DNA from: Emiliania huxleyi CCMP1516
Lineage: Eukaryota
Length of the DNA: 48,857 nt
Assembly (NCBI RefSeq): GCF_000372725.1
Contig: NW_005201318.1
Coordinates: 1-48,857 of the forward strand
Reading direction: 5' to 3'
The position numbers were made by a program, and so were the translations under genes. Each line of letters begins with the position of its first letter. Positions within the stretch are counted from its first letter, which is position 1. The notes under the pieces are model-generated. The model did no database searches and was not told the origin of the DNA. It was given only the letters and a program-made list of their open reading frames with translations. Shown here one piece after another: positions 22,785 to 32,796 of the stretch.

Positions 22785-25700
22785 CGTTGGTGGCGTGGTG
22801 GTGGATTTGAGTGTGTGTGTGTGGGGGGGGGGTCGACCTGGATGCCGCCGCTAGTGGTCGAGATGGCAAGAAGGTAGCGGGCGAGCAGCGCAGCACCCGA
22901 AGCAGTCAGGGACGGGTCCGCCTCGGGGCCGAAGCAAGGGCGCAACGCCGCGCCCAGCTGCGCGTGCGACTGCTCGAGGAGGAGGTGGCCCTGGTAGTCG
23001 GGGTCGGGGGCGGCAGCAAAGCGCTCGACCACGTCCAGCAGCATCAGCACGCCGGCGGGGCGCATCGCCTACGGGGACCACAACTCCGGGGATCTGTCAC
23101 GGATTTGTCCCGCAGCCTCAGCACGCCGGCAGGCACGCGGCGCCTCGATCCGCGAAGTCGCGACGGTGAAAGCGACCGAGACGAGGCGGCCCAAATGCAG
23201 GACGAGCCGCTCCCCGCTGCCGCCCTGGCGCTCGGTCTCCTCGCGCGCGAGCGTGAGGTCGTAATGCGCGGAGTGGTCGGCAACGTCGAGGAGACGCCGC
23301 ACGCACTCGGCGGCGTAGAGACGCGTCTGCCAGCGCGGAGCCACGTGCGCCCACTTCGCGTTCTCCTCCGCCTCGAGCTGCGCCTCCTTCTGCCGCTTGC
23401 GATCCTCCTCTTCATCCTCGTCATCGCCACCCACCGTCGGCAGCCCCGACGCGTTCTGATCCCACCCGCTGCCCTCCTCGCCGCCCGCCTCCTCGTCGTC
23501 TCCGCGGTTGCTTCCTCGCAGCTCAGCCTCGCTCCGCACCACCTCCTGCACCACATCGCCCAACGTGCGGAGCCAAAAGATGGGCCGCTGCCCGCCATCT
23601 GCGTGAAGCAGCGAGAGCGTGACGCGCTTGGCGGCGTCGAGCGCCTCCCGGTCCACCTCGCCATCCATCAAGCTGAGCAACGCCACGGCCGCCCGGCCGA
23701 GAGTCGACGGCGGCATCGCGTAGCCCGTGTGTCCTGTCGCCCCGCCGCCAGCCCCGGCGACGCCAAATTCGCGCAACGCCTCGACGGCGGCAGCGCGCAA
23801 CCCTGGGTGGCGGGAGGCGAGTCCCCGCAGCACCGCCTCGTGGATCGCCGGCGGCGACGCGGCGACGGCCGAGGGGAGCGTGCCACTCGGGAGCGAGAGG
23901 AGGAGCCGCTCGAAGCGCAGCTCCTCAGCGAGCAGCGCCTCGGCGGCGCCGCCGCTCCTGCCGTCGAGGGGGTGGGCACGGCGCGCAGCAGCGACGAGGA
24001 CGCGGCAACGGAACAGCATCGCCGTGTGCTGCCCCCCTTTGTGCTGCGGCGGCTTGCCAGCGCCGGCCGCCGCGGAGAGCGAGGGCAGCAGCGACGCGGC
24101 GAGCGTGGTGGACAAGGCGGCGAGCCCCTGCGCCGCCCTCGCTGTGAGCGGCGGCGCGGGCGCGAGCGCGACGGCGGAGACGCCCGAGAGGGTTGCACCC
24201 GTCAGCGGCCTGAAGTCGCCCCCGAGCACCGCCGCCACGCGTGCGAGCGAGTGCAAAGCCCACTCCGAAGCGTGCCTGCCGCCGGCCGGGGGCGGCGAGG
24301 CAGTGGCGGTGGCGGTGGCGGCGGCTGGGGTCGGCAGTAAGCTGCAGAGGAGCTGCACGCCCGACCGCACGCGCCCAAACGCCGCGTGCTTGTCGGCGGC
24401 AGCGGCGGGCGCGGAGGAGGAGAGCAGGAGCCCGAGCGCGAGCGCGTGGCCGGCGCGGGCCTCCTCTTTTGCCTTCGTGTCCGTGAGGAGCTTGGCGGCG
24501 GCGGTCGAGAACGCGTCGGCGTAAGCTGCGCCGAGAAGCTGGCCGAGCAGCCCCACCGCCTGCGCGGCTCCACGGCGGACGGAGACGTCTGGCTCGGCGA
24601 GGCACGGCGCGAGGACGGCAGCAAAGGCGGGTGTGAGTTCGGGGCGAAGAGCGGAACGCGACGGCTTGGTGGCAAGGCGCTGCAGCGACCCGAGCAAAGC
24701 GGCGCAAATGTTGACCAACCCGGACGGCGCCTCGTCCTTGGCCGCGTCCGAGCCGCCGCCGCCGAAGAAGCCGCCACCCGTGCTCGGCTTGCTCTCCTTG
24801 GTGACGCGGGCCGCCGCGTTGCCCAAATGCCCGAGCAGCTGCTGCCGAACGTCGGAGGTCTGCAGCCGAAAGACGGCGCCGAAGAGGCCAACAGCGGCGT
24901 CGAGGCAAGCACCCTCGCTCGTCGCATGCGAGCCCCCACGTAGCTCAACCAGCCACTCGCACGAGCCCTCCGCCTGTTTGCAGACCGAAGCGTAAAGAAT
25001 GCGGGGCTGTCAGCTCGAGCCGTCGCTCCCCTGCTTCGCCTCAGCGCACGTGGCGCCCCGGAGAGGCTCGCAGAGCAGTGACGCGACGGGCGCGTCGGGG
25101 GCGGTGGCGGGTGCGAGCACGGCGTCGGCGGGCGCGAGCATCGACGCGAGGGCGGTGCAAATGGCGCCATGCGTGTTGGCGGGCTCGACGATGTCGGCGA
25201 CCACGAGCGGCATCACCACATTCAGCACCTACGCTCGGCCGCGGCGAAAGCTGTGGGATATCCTGCCCAAGGTGAGGCGCCTCCCCGAAGCCGCGCGCCT
25301 TGGCGGTGAGCGCAGAGGAGGGTAGAGCGAGTAGCACCTGCTCACAGTTGGAAACGTCCAGATGTGGTTTCCACACGACGCTGCTCGTGCCAGCAGCGCG
25401 AGCAGCACCTCGTAGAGCCGCGCGCGGAAGAGCATATAGGCGGCGCGGAAAGGCTCTGACATCAGGCGAGGCGCGTGCTCGCGGCAAGCGGCGAGGAGGG
25501 CGAGCGAGGGTGGGACAAAGGTCGAAGTGACCGGCTTGAGGAGGGGCAGCGCCGCCGACTCGGGCATGCGCTCGAGGAAGGCGCGCCTGATGAAAGGCCA
25601 AGGTGAGGAGAGGCTGCCACGCTCGCTACTGGGGCGCGCCGAGGGGGCGCACAGAGCGTGCAGCGCGTGCGCGCGCGCGTGCAGCTCGGCCTCGACCGCC

Positions 25701-27653
25701 TCGCGCCGCTTGGGGGTCACCTCGGGCGGCGGAGAGGCGAGAGCGCCCTTGAGCAGCGCGTAGAGCCGCGTGAGGCGAGGCTTGGCGGAGAGCCACTCGG
25801 TCGGGAGCGAGAGGAGGGCGCGCACGAGCATCCAGCCCGCCGCGCCGCCGGCGCCGCCCGCGGCAACGAGGTCGGCGGCGGCGTGCAACGCAGCGTTGGC
25901 GAGGGAGGACGGCCCCCCGTGCGGCGTGCGCGCCATCGCGCCGAGCAGCGTGCCCACAGCCTGCGCGTGCCCGAGTAGAGCGGCGGTGGCGGCCTCCCTC
26001 GGCGCGCCCTCCTTCGCCGCGGCCGCCTCGGCGGCCGCGGCGCGCAAGCGGTTGAGCGAGACGTTGAGCAGCGGCGCGAGGTGCGACGGGAAGGCGAGGA
26101 CGAGCGCCCAGAGGCAAGCGCAAGCGGCCAGGCGCAGCTGCCGGACGGGCGACGCGGCAAGGGAGAGGAGAGGCCGCTCGCCCTGCAGCAGCAGGTCGCG
26201 CGCGTCGGCGGCGACCTCGCGGAGCTGCAGCAGCAGCAGGTAGAGCTGCGAGAGGCACACCAACGTCAGCCCCTCTGGGGAGGCGCGGCACGACGCGTGC
26301 GCCGCCAGGGACGTGGCCATCGCCTGCTGCCCGCGCTCCGAAAGCCTCTCCCCCAACCCGGCGCGCAGCGCGTGAGAGATCGCCTCGGCGGCGAAGTCGC
26401 CCCGTCCGGACGCCTTGCTGCCGCCCTGCCCCTCGGCGGCGCCGTTCAACATACCGAGCAGCTGGGCGACGAGAAACTCGGAGTGGCGCTCCAGCTCGGC
26501 GCGCTTCATGCCGCCAAACACAGCCACGGTGGCGCGCGCGAGGCCGGCCCGCACCTTGCGCAGAGGGGGGGGAGGCGGGCTGAGCTGCGGAAGAGGCGGC
26601 CGCGCAGTGCGCAATGTGCCGCTAGTGCGCGCCTCTTTCGAGGCGCCCGGCTTCACAAACGGCGCCGAGAGCACGTTGGCCGCCGCCTCGATGGGGGAGG
26701 ATGCCTCGGCGCGCTTGCCCGGCAAGTTCATCTTGAGGCCGAGCTTGCGCGGCGCCCCCTTGGCGCCCCCTGCCCCGCCAGCGGCCGATGCGGCGCCGAA
26801 GCCCGCCGGCCGCGCCAGAGAGGCGAGCAGGACGTCCGCGAGCGCGCCTGCGGCCGCCGCCCGCACGACAGGGGAGGCGTCGTCGAGAGCGCGCGTGCAG
26901 AGCTGCGTGAGCGACTCGAAGAGATCTGCCACCTAGGGGGAGGGGGGGGGGGGTCCGGAGAGAGGCCGAGCGGCTGCGAAAGCCGCGCGTTGGCAGCAAG
27001 AGTGCCCAGAGGCCTTCGGAGTAGGCCGCGAGCATGGGGGCGGCGGCGAGGGCGGCGGCGCGCAGCTCGTTGGTCGAGCCGCGCTCCGTCAGCGCGTGCT
27101 TCAGGTTCTTGACCGCCTCATCCTGCGCGGCGCGAGGCACGCCGCCCGACCCGGTGCACGCGCGGCCGAAGGCGGCCCACGCCATCGGGCGGACAGACGG
27201 CTCCGCACTGCGGGTGAGCTTGGTGAGGAGAGTGATGGAGTCCAGGCAGAGCGAGACCATCGCGCCGCCATGCGCGGCGCAGAGCCCGCCGAGCAGGTGG
27301 ACGGTTGCCAGCTTCGCCGCGGGGGCGCTGGCTGGCGAAACCTTGTTGCTCAGCCAGGAGAGGAGCTGGCCAACAGTCGTGTAGAGAGTGGTGCGCGCTC
27401 CGCGGCGGTAGATTGTGATGAGCACGTTTGCACACAGCTGCGCCACCGCCGGAGGAGGGCCGAGCAGCGCCGCGCCGAGGCAGGACGCCTCGATGGACCC
27501 CTGCACCGCCTTGACCTGCTCCTCCCCGGCAACGGAGAGGAGGCCGCTCAGCTGGTGAAGGAGCTCGAGCTGGGCGGTGACGCCGTCGGAGGCGCCGCTC
27601 GTGCGTGCCGTCTCGACCGCCTTCTCGAGACGCGACGCGACATCAGCCAACAT
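20295..27653 (-). CDS. HEATR5: HEAT repeat-containing protein 5 (HEATR5/Laa1/SWEETIE, AP-1 accessory), multi-exon
   Basis: Family motifs PRWQTRLYAAECVRRLL, HYDLTLARE, LVLHLGRLVSVAFTVAT, RFAAAPDPDYQGHLLLEQSHAQLGAALRPCF and C-terminal KPKIALKMDF, spread over spliced minus-strand ORFs. Start codon and full exon list are approximate. Confidence 0.9.
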
Positions 27654-27725
27654 TGCAGAAAGTGTGCCCACCCACAGGTAGTGTGCCCACCCACAAGGCG
27701 TGCATACGCCGGCCTCAGGGGTTAA

Positions 27726-28419
27726 GGTCCTCCGGGCCAGTTTCGGGGGGCAAACCCTGCCCGCCCCCTAGGACCCCGGGTAAGGCCCAGGTGTGGCCTA
27801 GGGCATCAGAAGGGACCAAGAGGAGTCCAGTCTGAGCCATAGAGCCCATGTCTTTGCCCCCGAAGGTCGCGTTCAAATGCCCGGAACGGACGTCACAGTG
27901 GTGTCCGGCCGGCGCGATCACCGAGCTGTGACGCTCAGGGAAGCCCGATGAGGTACTGGTTTCTTTGCCCAGGGCTGGCCTTCCCCCCAGGCTGGATCAG
28001 CTGAGCAAGGTTTGGGGAGAATCCCCCGGTCAGATCTTCAGATATTTTGACGGATGACCGAAAATGGGAAAAACGGGGTGATTTTGGTCATCCATCAAAA
28101 TATCTGAAGATCTGACCGGGGGATTCTCCCCAAACCTTGCTCAGCTGATCCAGCCTGGGGGGAAGGCCAGCCCTGGGCAAAGAAACCAGTACCTCATCGG
28201 GCTTCCCTGAGCGTCACAGCTCGGTGATCGCGCCAGCCGGACACCACTGAGACGGCCGTTCCGGGCATTTGAACGCGACCTTCGGGGGCAAAGACATGGG
28301 CTCTATGGCTCAGACTGGACTCCTCTTGGTCCCTTCTGATGCCCTAGGCCACACCTGGGCCTTACCCGGGGTCCTAGGGGGCGGGCAGGGTTTGCCCCCC
28401 GAAACTGGCCCGGAGGACC
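27726..28419. mobile_element. Foldback/palindromic non-autonomous element with ~340-bp inverted arms and TTAA flanks (Kolobok-like GG...CC ends)
   Basis: 27726-28065 is the reverse complement of 28081-28419, with about 4 substitutions and 1 indel seen by eye. Spacer is 15 nt. TTAA at 27722-27725 and 28420-28423. Confidence 0.9.
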
Positions 28420-28479
28420 TTAAAAGAAAAAGTATTCGTAGATTTTAAGAAAACTCTCTTCAGCACACCTCGGGGATAA

Positions 28480-30135
28480 CGACTCAGAGGACGCCTCGAA
28501 AGTGGTGCGGGACGCGGTGCGGACGAGGCCATGCATGTACACGGCGCGAAGGGAGGCGGCAGAGAACGCAGAGAAGAGGGAGATAGTGGACCGACGGACG
28601 TACGGACACATGTGTAAGAGCGCGCACGAGTGGGTGTGCGAGCAATATCGAAAGACAGTGAGGCCAGGATCGCACACGGCAGGGGTGGCGGGACGGTTGT
28701 GGAGCGAAGTGGCAGTAGCCAGCCTCAAGCATCGATGGGATAATAAGATGAGATTACCGGACGAGAACGGGGGGAAGGACAGGCGGGCGACATTTGACGA
28801 CGTCGGGGATCACAATGTGACGACCAAAACGATCTTGGGGGCCAGGGTGAGACAACAGGTCGGGGTGCCACACGGGGCACACCACAGGCGTATTCTAGAG
28901 GGGGAAAAGAAACGGGGAATGAGGGGCCCCGCCACGAGAAGTGCGTTCTGGGGATGCAGAGCGTGCAAGGCGGCTAGGGATGAGGCCACAAAAGAGGCGC
29001 GCGAGGCAAGGAGGAGACGCGGGGAACTGACAGACTGGGACGACTGGAAACAAGAAGACAGTGAGCCACCACAGGCGTCGTTGGCGCACATACTGAGCGG
29101 CAGCTGCGCTGGAAATAAGGAAGAGGCGCGTCACTTCATGCGGAAGCTCGACAAACACACAGCGAGGGCGACAGCAAGAGTTGAACGGGAGGCGCCGGAC
29201 TCAAAAGACACCGCCACATTCCTGAGACGAGCGAGGGCAGCCTCCTTAAAGGCGAAAGGGTCTAGATTTGGAGCGCTCGCCGAAGAGGAGTACGACAAAA
29301 TAGCGCCCGTGATTGCCTGCACGCTACCCGCACTCACGGACTCCATACCCGAAAGAAAGAGAAGGGAGCTCGCGGGAGAGGTGACGAGTGAACTACAGGT
29401 AGTGGGGAAGGCAGCCTCGATTGCCATACAGACATGGGTGCGAAACAACGACAAGACCAAGGCACGGGCAGAGGAACGAGAGAAGAATATAGGGTGGATA
29501 AAGCGCCTGTTCACGGCATGGAGGGTGAGCCACACCGAACGTACCGAGCGAAGAGCCGAGCGGAAGGAGGACGGGGAAGATGACTCCGAGGAGGACGAAC
29601 CAGTGGAAATCCAGTTGTCAGATGTCACGATGCATCCGAAGGGGACCCCAGCGCCGGCATCATCCGTAGAGGCACGAGTGTTCGAAGAGAGAGTGGACCT
29701 GAGCAACAACATGACCTGTAGGCAAATGATCGGAGTGGGAGTCAGAAACGTGGTCCTTGCGCGAGGGGAGCTCGATAGACTCGAGGGGCCAGGATACGCC
29801 GCGAGGAGGACGGAGTTGCGCCGAAAGGCGAAAGAAGCCGCGAGAACAAGGGACCGGCAGGCGGCGGCGTCACAGGACGAGGCAGAAGGGAACGACGCGA
29901 CAGAGAAGGAAATGACAAGGGAGAGAACGACGAGAGTGGGACGACCGCGAGGTGGCATGAAGGTTGCAGCGAGAATCAAAGAGAGACTGCGAAGAGAGAT
30001 AGGAAGAGGCAGACTCCCTAGGGTGGGCGACGGCTAGCGCACCACACACCTCTCCTTAAAATCCCTGTGTGGTGGCGGCGTGCCGTCCTCCCATCCCTCC
30101 CTTGGGTTGTCTGTTTTCTTTCTTTCTTTCTTTTT
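28480..30135 (+). mobile_element. 5'-truncated non-LTR retrotransposon: C-terminal part of ORF2 (open 28502-30037), 3' UTR and (TTTC)n tail
   Basis: CCHC-type motif GCRACK...SLAHILSGSC typical of LINE ORF2 C-termini. Purine-rich intronless ORF with a simple-repeat tail. Further 3'-only copies at 4250 and ~34875. No RT domain remains, so the class is inferred. Confidence 0.65.
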
Positions 30136-30149
30136 CTCTTCTCTCTTCC

Positions 30150-30660
30150 TCTACTGTGAGATGGGTAAAAAGGAACAGGAACAGGTCCCCGCCCTTGCGA
30201 TCTTTGTGCAGGGTTCTTTGTGGGTGTGGTCGGCGACTAGCCGGGGTCGTCCTCCCGATGGGGGGGGGACTAGCACTAGCCGTCTTCCACCTGGTCCCTC
30301 GGGTCCCTGCTGCTCCTAATCTCTTCGTACATCCTCCTGCTGATCTCCGCAAAGTCCTGCTCCCTCCCTCGTCTCGCCCTGCGCGTCTGCTCCGCCTCAC
30401 CGTCTTCTGCCCTCCCCTGCGTCGTCTGGCGACGCGGGGTCCTCCATACACCATAGTCGGTCGAGGTCGCCGCCCTCCTCGTGCCTCTTCCCAACGTTCC
30501 CTCGGCGGCCGATGCCGTCTGCTCCGGCTCCCCAGTCCCCGGGTCTGCCCTGCTCTCGTCTGCGCTAGTCTCTGCTTCGTTTTCACCGGCGTCTCTCCTC
30601 TACCTCTTCCTTCTCGTCCCCTTGCCCTTCTTGGCGTATGCTTTGCACATGAGCACATCC
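30150..30660 (-). mobile_element. Probable 3' fragment of a second LINE-like family, tail-to-tail with the previous element
   Basis: Purine-rich minus-strand frame ending ..EEIRSSRDPRDQVEDG*, parallel to ..REIGRGRLPRVGDG* of the plus-strand element. Confidence 0.45.
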
Positions 30661-30928
30661 ACGCGTCGATTCCTTTTCGCGTTTCGAACACAAAAACTTC
30701 TCGAGAAAAACTTTTGATTTCTTGTTGCATGTTGGCTTCTAAAATCTCAAAACAAGTTGGAGGAAAGAAGTAGAAAAAGAAACCCCGTACCGCGGGCCCT
30801 AATACATCTCTCTGCACAAACAACGGTTACGGTACAACACAAGGTTCTGGTTCGGGCATCGGTCCTATCATCCCACATGCTCATCATGTGGAGGCACCAT
30901 GAGCGAAAAAACGGGTGCATAACGCATC

Positions 30929-32032
30929 CTAGGCGTCGACGGCGCGCCGCTCAATCATCTCGTCGGGCCCGTCCTGCACACGGTTGAAGACGACAAAGGT
31001 CCCAAGCTGCAGCCAGAGAAAGCCAATCACGTCATTGTCCATCAGGAAGAGCTGGCCAGGCACGTAGTGGGCGTGCTGGAAGCCGCGCGCCGCGATGCGC
31101 CCCTCTCCCTGGTACCGCTCCACCTCGCGTTGCTGCGACGTCCCGTCCGAGCCGACCGAGACCACCTCCACCCTCACGCCGACGAGGTCCTCCTCGACAG
31201 CCTCGACGGCGGCCGGCTCCTGGTAGGGCGTCGTCAGATCGGCGCGGAAAGTGGTCTCGCCGGCGGGCACGTGCTCGTCGCCCGTCACCTGGGCGGAGGG
31301 CGAATGGGGTTCAGGAGGAGAGGGGGGGGGGGGTTGCACGAGGGGAGAGGGGGCACCTTGACAGCGACGAGGGTATCGCCCTCATAGTGAATCTTGATCG
31401 TCGCCTCGCCGTGGTTGGGATAGTTCCCTGCGGAGCGAGGCCTGGGTCAGCGCGCGCGCAGCACCTCCGGGCGGGGCTGGCGGGGGGGGCGCGGGCGGCT
31501 GGGAACGCCGCTTCAGAGCACGACCGCGCGGCCGGGGGCAGGGGGGGGCGAGAGGGGGAGGGGGGATCGGTTGGCGTGGCATCGCACCCTTCCACAAGCC
31601 GGCGAGCTGGTACTGCGGTTGAAACCGCCGCAGCACAAGCAGCTGATCGCGCGTCGTCGCCGCCTCGCCGTAGGACTCGCGCCGCACCAGCGCCTCGAGC
31701 CGCTCGCGCAGGTTGCTGGCGAGAAAAGCGGGGTCCTTTTGCCGCAGCTGGGAAATGTCGTCGCGAAGCATCGCGGCGGCGGCAAAGTCCTGCTCCTCCA
31801 CCGCCGACTGCAGATCGTTCTCAAGCCTCGCTGCCTCGGTCCGCAGCGCGGGGAGATCCGCGGCCGGCGCAAAGTGACGGAGTTTGCTCTCAAACGTGGG
31901 GGCTGCGGCGGCGCCGTCGGCGCGCGCGCCGGGGGCGCGTATCCGCGACGCCGGATGGCGCCCGCCGCCGACGAGGTGGCCCGAAGCCGGAAGAAGAGTG
32001 AGCAAAACCATGAGGTAGATGCGTCTTGACAT
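30929..32032 (-). CDS. EXECUTER-like protein: signal peptide, two UVR (UvrB/C) motifs, DUF3506/Cyclin_D1_bind domain (exons 32032-31588, 31427-31357, 31288-30929)
   Basis: UVR motifs LQSAVEEQDFAAAAMLRDDI and LEALVRRESYGEAATTRDQL. Also LAGLWKG|NYPNHG, LVAVK|VTGDEHVPAGETTFRA, YQGEGRIAARGF and VIGFLW..FVVFNRV. GT-AG introns keep the frame. Confidence 0.8.
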
Positions 32033-32206
32033 GGGTAGCAAGCAAATGGGGAGCGCAGATAGCTAGAGGTCAGAGGTTCGTCATCTGAGTGAGAAGCTTC
32101 TCACAGACCCCGTTCTTTTCTTTTCCGGAAAACTCTTTTGGACCGAGTCTGAGGCTGTTTGGGGGCCAAAATCAGCAAAATCGGCAGCATACTGGATTAC
32201 GGGTAT

Positions 32207-32207
<1 letters not shown>

Positions 32208-32264
<57 letters not shown>

Positions 32265-32290
32265 GGTAGGTAGGTAGGTAGGTAGGTAGG
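32208..32290 (+). repeat. Compound microsatellite (GA)n-(GGTA)n
   Basis: Seen directly. Confidence 0.95.
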
Positions 32291-32796
32291 TGTTACCTCA
32301 CACTGTCTAGGCAGAGACAAGGAGGGCCCCCGCACACACGAACCCACATGGGTAGCAAATGGCAGCTGCAGATCAGCCCAGAGGTCTGGTTCGTCATTCT
32401 GAGTGAGAAAAATGCCGCCGCTTCTCACAGCTGGTCCACCAGAGATTTTCTTTTTTCCCGGGAAACCCTCTCGCAGGAGTCGCTTTGGGCGGCTCTCGTA
32501 GTGTAAAGAGAGATTCATGAGAGCGCGCTTCGCATGTCGGTTGAGACGTGTCGTGATCCCCCCCCTCGATGTACCCCCTGGACGGAGACGCGTACCCCCT
32601 GTCGGAAGAGGGCGGCGGAAGAAGGCTAGGGGCATCAGAAATGTCTGCAGAGGCAGTCTGGCGACGCGAAGAAGGTGAGCCAGAGACCGAGCCAAACCGA
32701 GGGAGTATATACGGGGCCCCTGTCCTCCTCCCATCCCTCGTTTGGGTTGTCTGTTTTCTTAGACCTTCTTCACCAAAAATGGGTTCATCGAGCTAA

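Noticed and set aside
20546..27725. Long plus-strand ORFs (e.g. 22811-24340, 26081-27112)
   Set aside because: Antisense shadows of the very GC-rich HEATR5 gene, with no recognisable motifs.
28502..30037. R2-like RLE endonuclease, or a host gene
   Set aside because: No PD-(D/E)xK motif seen after the CCHC. Multiple 3'-only copies point to a retroelement rather than a host gene.
30056..30120. Possible HDV-like or hammerhead ribozyme in the LINE 3' UTR or the foldback
   Set aside because: I could not build the required pairings or the CUGANGA/GAAA core by eye.
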